Shown here one piece after another: positions 1-9,335 of a stretch of DNA of 64,000 nucleotides. The notes under the pieces are model-generated. The model was not told the origin of the DNA, searched no databases, and was given only the letters and a program-made list of their open reading frames with translations. The stretch lies in the sequence record SRR31156797_635, one strand, 5' to 3'. Every line of letters starts with the position of its first letter. The stretch's first letter is position 1. The position numbers and the translations under genes are program-made.

Positions 1-2164
1 AATCATAGTTATCCGTATCTGCTGTAGCATTCCAACTAATTGTCATGGAGTTGTAGGTGATAGCCGAAGCAGTTAAACCAGTTGGAGTATTAGGAGCTGT
101 TGGAGCGACTAAAGTTGTTGCATTTACTACTGCCGTGTAATCACTTGATCCAATATTGTTGTTGGCTCTAACACGGAATTCGTAAGTTGTTTCTGCTGTT
201 AGTGTCGTATAATCATAGGAAGTTTCGATTTGATTGATTGTAGTCCAGTTACCACCATTTGGTCGTACTTGTAAATCATAGTCATCAGCATCCGTCGTTG
301 CATCCCAGCTAATTGTCATAGAATTGTAGGTAATTGCCGAAGCAGATAAGCCTACAGGAGTATCAGGAGCAGTTGGTGCCTCTTCTGTTGTTACAGAAGC
401 CGCAGCAGAATAACCGCTTGAGCCAGCATCGTTATTTGCCCTCACCTGAAATTCATAAGTTGTTCCAGCCGTAGCTCCAGAGTAATCGTAAGTTATTGCT
501 GTTGTATTATAGCTTGTCCAGCTTCCTCCTTGTTCTCTAACCTGTAAATCGTAGCTGGTTGCTCCGTTTACAGTGTTCCATTCAATTGTGAAGGTGGTTT
601 GAGTTACATTCGTAGCCGTTAAACCAGAAGGAACTGAAGGTAGGTTGTCATCACTTAATGCTTTGTAGGCATTCATTCTACCTGAACCCAATTTTCCTGC
701 ATATTGACTGTCGTTTAAAGCGTCAATTGGATCTGTGTTGTCTACCAATTTACTCCAAACTTCGCTAGGTGTAATATTACCTGCATATTTTGATACAATT
801 AAAGCAGCAACACCCGAAACGTGAGGAGCAGCCATAGAGGTTCCCTGGAAAACACCATATTTATCATCTGGGAAAGTACTTAAAACTGCCGTTGGATCTT
901 CATTGGTTGTTTCCAATTCACCACCTGGAGCAGCAATATCAACCCATGTTCCATAGTTTGAATAGTATGATTTTACATCATTTTTATTGGTTGCAGCAAC
1001 AGCTAGTACACTATCGTAATAAGAAGGATAATATCTACTTTGAGAATTGCTATTTCCTGCTGAGAAAATAACTATACCACCATTCATAGGCGCATTTGGT
1101 CCACCTGCATTGGCAATAAAATAATCGATTCCATCAAGAACCGCCTGATCATATTGGTACGGATAGGAGTAACTCCAGCTATTCTGTGAAATCACGGCGC
1201 CATTATCGGCAGCATAGGTATAGGCTTCTGCAAATCCACCATTGGTTGATCCAAAAACATTACAAGACATGATTTTAACACCATCGTTATTTCCACTTCC
1301 ACCAGCAACACCACTTACACCAACACCATTGTTGGTAACAGCAGCTACAGTTCCTGCAACATGAGTACCATGATCACCAACATAGATATCGCCAGTATCA
1401 TCAGCGAAATTATATCCATAAACATCGTCAACATAACCATTGCTATCATCATCAATTCCGTTACCGGCAATTTCCCCGGTATTTACCCACATGTTTGCAG
1501 CCAAATCGATATGGTCGAAATCTACTCCACCATCTTCAACAGCAACAATTACACTTGGATTACCAGTTTCAACTTGCCAGGCTTCCAAAAGACTAATATC
1601 GGCACCAGCTGTACCATTATTTTGTCCGGTATTTTCATAATGCCATTGCTCAGAGAATAATGGATCATTTGTACCAGAAGCTAATGCAGTTGGTTCTATC
1701 TCTATTTCTTGTCCATTTTCAGCACCAACGAGACGAGTGGCGTGAACACCTTCAGCCATCGAAATTTCGGCAACATTGCTGTAGGAGCTTATCAATTGAG
1801 AAACGGGCGTTGAAGAGTTAAATTCAAGTTCGTACCATAAGTGTAAACCATGTTTTCTGTGCTTGGCTTCGAATTTACCAGCATGACGAAAAACACGACG
1901 CATTTTATGTGCTTTAAATTTTTCATTTACTCTGTTAAGTCCCTCAATGTTGGTTTTAACAAATTCCGGTTTGTTTTTTAAGGATACTTTTTTTGCTTCC
2001 AGAAGAACTTGATGCAGGGCATCTACTTTTTGGTTTTCTTTTTGTTCGAATTTAATACGGATTATTCCTTTGTATTTTCCATCCGCATTAATTGCTTTGG
2101 TTTGGGAATATCCAGTTCCCACAATAAAGATTAAACAAATAAAAAGAGTAAAAAATCTTTTCAT
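1..2164 (-). CDS. Secreted S8 (subtilisin-like) serine peptidase with C-terminal fibronectin type III repeats; 3'-partial, runs off the window
   Basis: Not in the ORF track; translated manually from ATG 2164 (MKRFFTLFICLIFIVGTGYSQ signal peptide). Catalytic motifs VAVEDGGVDFDHIDL, HGTHVAGTVAA and FQGTSMAAPHVSG, then at least 3 FN3 units (P.GL.A..IT...MTISW....YEF.VRA.N). Confidence 0.93.
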   Translation of the reverse strand, partial: MKRFFTLFICLIFIVGTGYSQTKAINADGKYKGIIRIKFEQKENQKVDALHQVLLEAKKVSLKNKPEFVKTNIEGLNRVNEKFKAHKMRRVFRHAGKFEAKHRKHGLHLWYELEFNSSTPVSQLISSYSNVAEISMAEGVHATRLVGAENGQEIEIEPTALASGTNDPLFSEQWHYENTGQNNGTAGADISLLEAWQVETGNPSVIVAVEDGGVDFDHIDLAANMWVNTGEIAGNGIDDDSNGYVDDVYGYNFADDTGDIYVGDHGTHVAGTVAAVTNNGVGVSGVAGGSGNNDGVKIMSCNVFGSTNGGFAEAYTYAADNGAVISQNSWSYSYPYQYDQAVLDGIDYFIANAGGPNAPMNGGIVIFSAGNSNSQSRYYPSYYDSVLAVAATNKNDVKSYYSNYGTWVDIAAPGGELETTNEDPTAVLSTFPDDKYGVFQGTSMAAPHVSGVAALIVSKYAGNITPSEVWSKLVDNTDPIDALNDSQYAGKLGSGRMNAYKALSDDNLPSVPSGLTATNVTQTTFTIEWNTVNGATSYDLQVREQGGSWTSYNTTAITYDYSGATAGTTYEFQVRANNDAGSSGYSAAASVTTEEAPTAPDTPVGLSASAITYNSMTISWDATTDADDYDLQVRPNGGNWTTINQIETSYDYTTLTAETTYEFRVRANNNIGSSDYTAVVNATTLVAPTAPNTPTGLTASAITYNSMTISWNATADTDNYD

Positions 2165-2535
2165 AATTGGTTGGTTTAAAAGTGAATATTTTGATAATAA
2201 TGAATAAGTTAGTTAAAAAAGATCTGTTAATCAATACTATTGTTTTAAAATGATTTTGAGTGAAGTTTGGATGAATATTATGTATGTTATTAATGCAATT
2301 GAGGAAACAGTTCTAAACGGTAGTACTATAAAGAGAGAATTACAATTTGATCGTCTTTAGAAAGATTATTTAAAATTAAACTATTTAAATAATTAAGTTA
2401 GCAATTAATTTGGTCAAAAAAACAATATAATTTTTAATACAAGGTGTGTTGTGTCAATTATATTAAAATTATATTGAACTTTTCATCCTTATGCGATTCA
2501 TAAATTCGTACTTTCGGATTGTAATACGATAAACA

Positions 2536-5500
2536 ATGTCAGAATTAAATATATATAGAGCATCAGCCGGATCTGGAAAGACATATACCTTAACAGGAGA
2601 GTTTTTGAAGTTGGTTTTTCAGGATCCATCAAACTACAAAAGTATTCTTGCTGTAACCTTTACAAATAAAGCTACCGATGAGATGAAATCAAGAATTTTG
2701 AAAGAAATTCATGTGATTTCTTCGGGGAATAATTCTCCTTATGCGGATGCTTTATGCAAAGAAAATAATTTAAGTGCGGCTGAATTAAAGAAAAGAGCAA
2801 CAGAAATTTTGAATAGAATGTTACACGACTATTCTCGTTTTTCTGTGACCACTATTGATAGTTTCTTTCAGAAGATTGTTCGCTCATTTACTCGTGAAAT
2901 AGGTTTGCAAATGGGCTATAATATTGAGCTCGATCAAGGACGTGTTTTAAATGACGTAACTGATTTGTTATTGCAAGATGTAGATGATGATAAACAATTG
3001 AGATCCTGGCTTACTTCATTTGCGGAAAATAAAATTCACGAAGGAAAAACCTGGAATTTTAAGCAAGATATACTGGTTTTAGGAGGAGAAGTTTTTAAGG
3101 AGGATTTTCAGAATTTCTCAGGAACACTAATTGATAAATTATCCGATAAGAAATTCTTGAGTGGATATCGCAAGATATTGAATGAAATAAAAGAGGAGTT
3201 TGAAAGCTACTTTGCTCAGATTGGTGAGAAGGCGAAAAATATTTTGGAGAATCACGCTTTGGATGTTTCCGATTTTGCGTACGGCAAATCTGGAGTGGCG
3301 GGTTATATTACAAGTTTGGGTACAGGATCTAAATTTGAACCTGGAGCCAGAGCAAAAGCTGCAATTGATACGCCTAAGAAATGGTACGCAGGAAAAGCTT
3401 CTGCAGAAACGAAAAAAGCTGTTGAAAGTGCATTCGATGCCGGTTTAAATCAGCTATTGAAGGATGCTGTAAAATATTACGAAGAGCAGGGAATGCTATA
3501 TCGTTCAACGGATAAAACCTTGAGTTATATTTATACTTTGGGAATTCTTACTGACCTTTCGAAAAAGGTGAGGGAATTTTCAGAGAGTGAGAACATTTTT
3601 CTTTTATCGGATGCCAGTAGGCTACTAAGAAATATTATTGGAGAAAACGATTCACCATTTATTTATGAGAAAATCGGGAATGTATACAAGCATTTCATGA
3701 TTGATGAGTTTCAGGATACTTCATCGATGCAGTGGGATAATTTCAGACCTTTGGTTGGAAATTCATTGGCTGAAGATCAACGCTCTTTGGTTGTGGGAGA
3801 TGTAAAACAATCCATATACAGATGGAGAAACGGGGACTGGAAATTGCTTGCAGATCAATTGGATATTGATTTTGAAAGTTTTGGTGTGAATGGTATGAGT
3901 TTGAATTATAATTGGCGAAGTACCAAAAATGTAATTGATTTCAACAATGCTGTTTTTGCACTTGGTGCACAAATTTTGCAAAATGATTACAATGCCTCAA
4001 TTCCTGCTGAGATATCGGAAAGCTTAAATGAGGAACAGGAGAAAATAGTAAATGCATATCAGGATGTGTATCAGCACTATCCGAATAAAGGTGAGAAGTT
4101 GCCGGGATATGTGAAATCGTATTTTATTGAGAAAGATTCGGAACGGGATTGGACCGAGCCAGTTTTAGAGGATTTGCCATTGAAAATTGAAGAATTGCAA
4201 ACGAATGGATATAGCGCCAGAGATATTGCAATTTTGGTTCGAAATGGTAAAGAAGGTGGTTTGGTTGCTGATACACTTATGGCATATCGTGCGAGTGAAA
4301 TGGCGAAGGAAGATGTGAATTATGATGTGATTTCAAATGATTCCTTGTATCTGAAAAATTCTTCGGCGATTAATTTTTTAGTGCATCTTTTGCAATATCT
4401 GGTTAACCCGGATGATAAAATAAATATTGGCTTTTTACGACAAGAGTATTGTTTGTATGTGAAGGATAATTCAGACTTATCAGGCGACGAATTGTATGTT
4501 GTTGGTAAGGATGACAATTTCCATGATGTATTTCCAACTGAATTTGTTGAGACGATCTCAGAATTAAAGCGACAGCCTTTGTATGATTTGACTGAGAAAT
4601 TGATTAAAATGTTTAATCTGAATAAAAATCCACAAGATTATCCATTTTTAGAAACTTTCCAGGATTTTGTTTTAGGATTTACCAAGAGTGATTCTCCTGA
4701 TTTAAATTCCTTTGTACAGTATTGGCAGGAGCGAAAAGATAAGGAAGTAATTTCGGTTTCAGACGATCAGGATGCGATTCGAATAATGACCATTCACAAA
4801 TCGAAAGGATTGGAATTTAAGGCTGTGATTTTACCATTTTGCAATTGGGATTTAGACAATACACGACATACAAATATACTTTGGTGTCAGCCTAAGGTTG
4901 AAGGTTTTAATGTTTTGGATGTATTACCAGTACGCTATGCGAGTACATTGAAAGATACCATTTATTACGAGGAATATTTTTCTGAAAAATTACAATCCTA
5001 TATCGATAATTTGAATCTTTTATATGTTGCTCAAACCCGTGCTGAAGAAGTTTTTATCAGTTATTCTCCATTAACAGGCAATAAGGAGCTACGAACGGTT
5101 TCTGATTTGCTTAAGTTTGCATTTGAGAAGTCGAATGAGTTTCCATGGGATTTCTTCGGGAATAAGATTATTTCATTGACTGACAACTGGAACGGGGAAG
5201 GTAATTTTTTCGAATTGGGAGAAATAAAGGGTAAAAAGAAAGATGAATCTGATAAAAGAGAAAAGGAGAAAATGACCAATTATCCAGCTTCATTATTAGA
5301 TGACAGACTTAAGTTACGATCACATTCTGCTGATTATTTTGATTTTTCGGAGGCAGAATCGGTTGAAACATTTTCACCAGTGAGTCGTGGAAATATATTG
5401 CATCAATTGTTTCAACTTATCGAATATTCAGATGATTTGGATAAGGCTGTTGAAAGTTTGCAATTCGAAGGAAAGCTTGACAGCAAACAGGCTGATGAGG

Positions 5501-5799
5501 TTAGAGATTTTGCAAAAGATCTTCTAAATGATTCTAAGTTTTCTTCTTGGTTTTCGAAGGAATGGACGATCGTAAACGAGCGAGATATTTTAAAAGGGAA
5601 TGGTGATGTTTACAGACCCGATAGAGTTATTTACAATGATAAAGCAGCCATTGTGATCGATTATAAATTTGGTAAGAAAAAGGATAAAAAATACGAAAAA
5701 CAGGTATTAACCTATAAAAAACTAATTCAGCAACTGGGTTTCGATGAGGTTAAAGGTGTTGTACTTTATGGTAAACTATCTGAACTTGTTGAAGTATAG
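2536..5799 (+). CDS. addA: UvrD/AddA (RecB-like) helicase-nuclease
   Basis: ASAGSGKT Walker A, VTFTNKA, IDEFQD, VGDVKQSIYRWR, MTIHKSKGLEF, LLYVAQTRA, and a C-terminal PD-(D/E)xK nuclease (RPDRV...IDYKFG). Confidence 0.9.
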   Translation: MSELNIYRASAGSGKTYTLTGEFLKLVFQDPSNYKSILAVTFTNKATDEMKSRILKEIHVISSGNNSPYADALCKENNLSAAELKKRATEILNRMLHDYSRFSVTTIDSFFQKIVRSFTREIGLQMGYNIELDQGRVLNDVTDLLLQDVDDDKQLRSWLTSFAENKIHEGKTWNFKQDILVLGGEVFKEDFQNFSGTLIDKLSDKKFLSGYRKILNEIKEEFESYFAQIGEKAKNILENHALDVSDFAYGKSGVAGYITSLGTGSKFEPGARAKAAIDTPKKWYAGKASAETKKAVESAFDAGLNQLLKDAVKYYEEQGMLYRSTDKTLSYIYTLGILTDLSKKVREFSESENIFLLSDASRLLRNIIGENDSPFIYEKIGNVYKHFMIDEFQDTSSMQWDNFRPLVGNSLAEDQRSLVVGDVKQSIYRWRNGDWKLLADQLDIDFESFGVNGMSLNYNWRSTKNVIDFNNAVFALGAQILQNDYNASIPAEISESLNEEQEKIVNAYQDVYQHYPNKGEKLPGYVKSYFIEKDSERDWTEPVLEDLPLKIEELQTNGYSARDIAILVRNGKEGGLVADTLMAYRASEMAKEDVNYDVISNDSLYLKNSSAINFLVHLLQYLVNPDDKINIGFLRQEYCLYVKDNSDLSGDELYVVGKDDNFHDVFPTEFVETISELKRQPLYDLTEKLIKMFNLNKNPQDYPFLETFQDFVLGFTKSDSPDLNSFVQYWQERKDKEVISVSDDQDAIRIMTIHKSKGLEFKAVILPFCNWDLDNTRHTNILWCQPKVEGFNVLDVLPVRYASTLKDTIYYEEYFSEKLQSYIDNLNLLYVAQTRAEEVFISYSPLTGNKELRTVSDLLKFAFEKSNEFPWDFFGNKIISLTDNWNGEGNFFELGEIKGKKKDESDKREKEKMTNYPASLLDDRLKLRSHSADYFDFSEAESVETFSPVSRGNILHQLFQLIEYSDDLDKAVESLQFEGKLDSKQADEVRDFAKDLLNDSKFSSWFSKEWTIVNERDILKGNGDVYRPDRVIYNDKAAIVIDYKFGKKKDKKYEKQVLTYKKLIQQLGFDEVKGVVLYGKLSELVEV

Positions 5800-5869
5800 T
5801 TTAAATCCTATTAAACAGTTAAAAAAATGATTATCTTGCTGAACATATCTTAAAAAATAAAAACACCTT

Positions 5870-6676
5870 ATGAGATTTATAATTATTCTGCTAGCATCCT
5901 TATTCCTATTTAATTCGTGTGATATAATTGTATCTGGAATTGAATCTTTCTCGACCATTAAAGAGGAAACAAAAAAACAAAAACGTGAAAAAGAGGATAA
6001 AAAGTTTACTAAATCCTTGCAGAAGAAAAATGGTGAGAAAAAATACCTATATGAGAATGGTAATATTAAGTCTGTTGTTAATTATAAGGACGGAAAAAAA
6101 ATAGGAACAAGTTTTACTTTTTATAAATCTGGAGAGAAGCAATATGATATTCCCTACGTAGATGGAATGAAGCATGGTAAAGTGTTGTGGTATTATAAAA
6201 GTGGAAAAATTTATAGGGAGACAGAGTATAAAAAAGGAAAGAAATCAGGATTCCAGCGTAAATATTGGGAATCGGGAAAGCTGAAATCAGAAATGGAATA
6301 TCATGATAACATGCTTAGTACTGGATTAAAAGAAATATCAAATACAGGTAAAGTTAAATCTACGCCATCAATTAAAGTAGAAAGAATTGATAGGTTGAAA
6401 ACTGCTGGAGAGTACATTCTTAAAATGAGATTGAGTAATGATAGAAGCAAGGTGGAATTCTTTTTTGGCGATTTAGTGGATGGAAAATATATTCCTGAGG
6501 ATGGTCGTGGTTTTAGTAGAATGGATGTTAAAAAAGGTGTTGCTACTTTTAAGTTTAAAGTGAATAGAGGAAAACAGGTGATTACCGACTTTAAAATCAT
6601 AGCAATAGAAACTACTCGTTATAAAAATAAAAGAGTTATCACGAAAAATGTTCCTATATCCATTCGAAATCAATAG
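5870..6676 (+). CDS. MORN-2/YwqK-repeat lipoprotein
   Basis: Lipobox LFNSC; repeated Y.nG..k....Y..G.k.G units. Confidence 0.75.
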   Translation: MRFIIILLASLFLFNSCDIIVSGIESFSTIKEETKKQKREKEDKKFTKSLQKKNGEKKYLYENGNIKSVVNYKDGKKIGTSFTFYKSGEKQYDIPYVDGMKHGKVLWYYKSGKIYRETEYKKGKKSGFQRKYWESGKLKSEMEYHDNMLSTGLKEISNTGKVKSTPSIKVERIDRLKTAGEYILKMRLSNDRSKVEFFFGDLVDGKYIPEDGRGFSRMDVKKGVATFKFKVNRGKQVITDFKIIAIETTRYKNKRVITKNVPISIRNQ

Positions 6677-6699
6677 TAAAAAATCAATTTGATAGATAT

Positions 6700-6725
6700 A
6701 AAGCTCCTTTTAAGGAGCTTTTTTT
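6700..6725 (+). terminator. Rho-independent terminator
   Basis: AAAGCTCCTT-TT-AAGGAGCTTT followed by a T-run. Confidence 0.8.
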
Positions 6726-6823
6726 ATTTGCGAAAACTGATAAAGCAATTTTTCTTCTCAGGTCTTAATTTCTTATCTTTAAGAGAGATAACTCATCACA
6801 CTAATTTACTAAAACACTGAACA

Positions 6824-8017
6824 ATGACTACGAGAACTATTGTAAGTATGCCAGGCGATGGTATTGGGCGTGTTGTACTTGACGAGACCAAGAGAATTTT
6901 ATCTGCATCAGGCTTCCATGCCAACTACATCGAAGCTGATATTGGATGGGAGTTTTGGTGTAAGGAAGGTAACCCCCTTCCGGATCGCACAATTAAATTG
7001 TTAGAAGAGCATAAAATTGGTTTGTTTGGAGCAATTACTTCTAAGCCGAAGGATGATGCATTTAATGAACTTGCTCCCGAACTAAGAGAAAAAGGTTTTG
7101 TGTATTCCAGTCCGATTGTAGGATTACGACAGCATTTTAATTTGGATATTTGCATTCGTCCATGTAAAACTTATCAGGGGAATCCACTGAATTTTATTCG
7201 AAGAAGTGCAAATGGTTCTTTTGAAGAACCAATGGTTGATGTTGCTATTTTTAGACAAAATACCGAAGGTTTGTATGGAGGCGTGGAATGGTCTAATCCT
7301 GATAATACGGTTTATGCAGCCTTAACCAGTCATCCAAAATTCGTAAAGAACTTTGGCGATGTTCCTCGTGAGGAATTGTCTATATCTACAAGGATTTTTA
7401 CAAAAAATGGCACGTCAAGAATACTAAGAGCTGCTTTTGATTATGCCCGAAAATATAAGTACAAATCGGTTACGGTTTGCGAGAAGCCAAATGTGATTCG
7501 TGAAACTTCTGGAATGATGTTTAAGCTGGCTCAGGAAATTCAGAAGAAGGAATATCCGGAAATTGAATTGTGGAACACTAATATTGATGCTCAAATGATG
7601 TGGTTGACCAAGAATCCAGAGAATTACGGTGTTATTGTAGCTGGAAATATGTTTGGAGATATTGTTTCGGATGCTTTCGCCGGATTAATAGGAGGTTTGG
7701 GCTTTGCTTGCAGTGCACAAATGTCAGACGAAGGAGTCGCTGTTTTTGAGCCTACTCATGGATCTGCACCAAAATATGCAGATTATGAAATTCCAATAGT
7801 AAATCCTGTAGCAATGGTGGAATCAGCTTGCATGATGCTGGATTATATTGGCGAAAAAGAAAATGCCAGTAAAATTAGAAAGGCAGTTGCTAAAGTAATC
7901 CTCGAAGGAAAGGTTCAAACCTACGATATGATGAAAATGTCAGGAAAGCCTGAAGTGATTCAAAATGGAGCTGCCTCTACGATTGAAATGGCAAATGCAA
8001 TTATCGAAAAACTGTGA
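6824..8017 (+). CDS. Isocitrate/isopropylmalate (beta-decarboxylating) dehydrogenase family protein; substrate uncertain
   Basis: PGDGIG, FRQNTEGLY, NMFGDIVSD and FEPTHGSAPKYA motifs. Confidence 0.9.
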   Translation: MTTRTIVSMPGDGIGRVVLDETKRILSASGFHANYIEADIGWEFWCKEGNPLPDRTIKLLEEHKIGLFGAITSKPKDDAFNELAPELREKGFVYSSPIVGLRQHFNLDICIRPCKTYQGNPLNFIRRSANGSFEEPMVDVAIFRQNTEGLYGGVEWSNPDNTVYAALTSHPKFVKNFGDVPREELSISTRIFTKNGTSRILRAAFDYARKYKYKSVTVCEKPNVIRETSGMMFKLAQEIQKKEYPEIELWNTNIDAQMMWLTKNPENYGVIVAGNMFGDIVSDAFAGLIGGLGFACSAQMSDEGVAVFEPTHGSAPKYADYEIPIVNPVAMVESACMMLDYIGEKENASKIRKAVAKVILEGKVQTYDMMKMSGKPEVIQNGAASTIEMANAIIEKL

Positions 8018-8571
8018 TTATGAGAGAAACTGTGAAACAATTGTGGCCAGAATTGAATTGGATCTCAAATGAAAATTTACGAGAGAGAACAGCTCAAGTG
8101 TGGGAAATAGCTCTTGAAAGAAGCGTTCTCTCTGCTGATGATTTGAAAAAGATACCTTTTACCTTACTTTGCGGACCTGGTCTGAAAGTTAGTTTTATGG
8201 ATCACAAGCAATGTGTTGTTCATGTGGCTAAGGAGAGTGGAGAAAAAATGAATTCTTTTTTTAAGGCTGAGCTACCTGTTGATATGGATGTTTTGATCTC
8301 AGGTGCAATTTTGTGCGATGTAGGTAAATTACTGGAATATATTCTGGACGAAAGGGGAAAAGCAGTTCAGGGAACCTATGGGAAATATTTACGACATCCA
8401 TTTTCGGGTGTTGTGTTAGCCGAAGAATGTGGTTTGCCTCCAGAGGTTTGTCATATTATAGCGACTCATGCAGGAGAAGGAGATATGGTAAAACGCAGCA
8501 CCGAAGCATACATTGTTCATCATGCCGATTTTATGACATTTTTACCATTTAAGGAACGTTTAAAAATTTAA
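8014..8571 (+). CDS. HD/HDIG-like metalloprotein with the HD motif altered to CD
   Basis: H...GAILCDVGK...RHPFSG...ATH...HHAD pattern; overlaps the stop of the upstream gene. Confidence 0.75.
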   Translation: MIMRETVKQLWPELNWISNENLRERTAQVWEIALERSVLSADDLKKIPFTLLCGPGLKVSFMDHKQCVVHVAKESGEKMNSFFKAELPVDMDVLISGAILCDVGKLLEYILDERGKAVQGTYGKYLRHPFSGVVLAEECGLPPEVCHIIATHAGEGDMVKRSTEAYIVHHADFMTFLPFKERLKI

Positions 8572-8584
8572 ATGATTATGAATT

Positions 8585-8611
8585 ACAGCTATCTTAATTT
8601 AAGATAGCTGT
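8585..8611. terminator. Hairpin terminator between convergent genes
   Basis: ACAGCTATCTTA-ATT-TAAGATAGCTGT. Confidence 0.7.
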
Positions 8612-8616
8612 TTGTT

Positions 8617-9195
8617 TTATTCTTTTTTTAAGATAGCACCCACACTGCTTACATATTCTGGTAATTCATTTTGCTCTGCCCATTTTATTTCGTGATGAAA
8701 CAAATCACTCATTATTTTGCTCACATTAAAACCAAAGGCAACCAAATTGTATCTTATCTTTTCTGGAATATGACATTGATTTCCTTTAATAAGAGCACAG
8801 CTTTTGCAAATTTCACAACTGTTTGCTGCAATCATTTTACCGTTTACAGGTTCAATTTCTGATAGGTATGATTGTAGTTCTTCTTTTATAAAATTGTAAG
8901 CTGTTAATGAACGATCTTTTTGACTAATAAAATCAAACTGGTTGGGAGAGATATAGAATAAATACAAACTCATTTTTAGATGATTTTTCGCATAATCAGT
9001 AAATGGAGGACAATTGGGAGGGCAGGTCCATTTTTGATTGTAATTTGGGCATCCCGTTTTACAATAGGAATTGAATTCTTCTGGAGATAAATAAGCTAAT
9101 ATTTCATTGGTTGAAACATCTAGTTTCTTGAATTGAATTTTTATTTCATTGTTTTGATATGTCTTAATGATGTATTTATTCTTAGTCTCAATCAT
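8617..9195 (-). CDS. Cys-rich putative metal-binding protein (DUF2284-like)
   Basis: C...CP.Y...W.CPP and CEIC..C......C..P...RY...A.G..V motifs. Confidence 0.75.
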   Translation of the reverse strand: MIETKNKYIIKTYQNNEIKIQFKKLDVSTNEILAYLSPEEFNSYCKTGCPNYNQKWTCPPNCPPFTDYAKNHLKMSLYLFYISPNQFDFISQKDRSLTAYNFIKEELQSYLSEIEPVNGKMIAANSCEICKSCALIKGNQCHIPEKIRYNLVAFGFNVSKIMSDLFHHEIKWAEQNELPEYVSSVGAILKKE

Positions 9196-9335
9196 GATTT
9201 TAATTCAGTTTGTGTACAAAAATAGAATTTTTCATTGTCTTGAAAAATCATGTGTCATATAAGTGCTAAGGATTGTGATATCGGTTGCGGTATTTTTGTA
9301 TCTTCGTATCTTGAATTACACCCAAATATTTATTT

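Noticed and set aside
1361-1660. Plus-strand ORFs of 99 and 66 aa, and the many other short ORFs overlapping long genes
   Set aside because: Antisense or alternate-frame shadows of well-supported genes, with no recognisable motifs
5870-6676. Toxin-antitoxin module (YwqK antitoxin)
   Set aside because: No adjacent toxin gene; only generic MORN-type repeats on a lipoprotein
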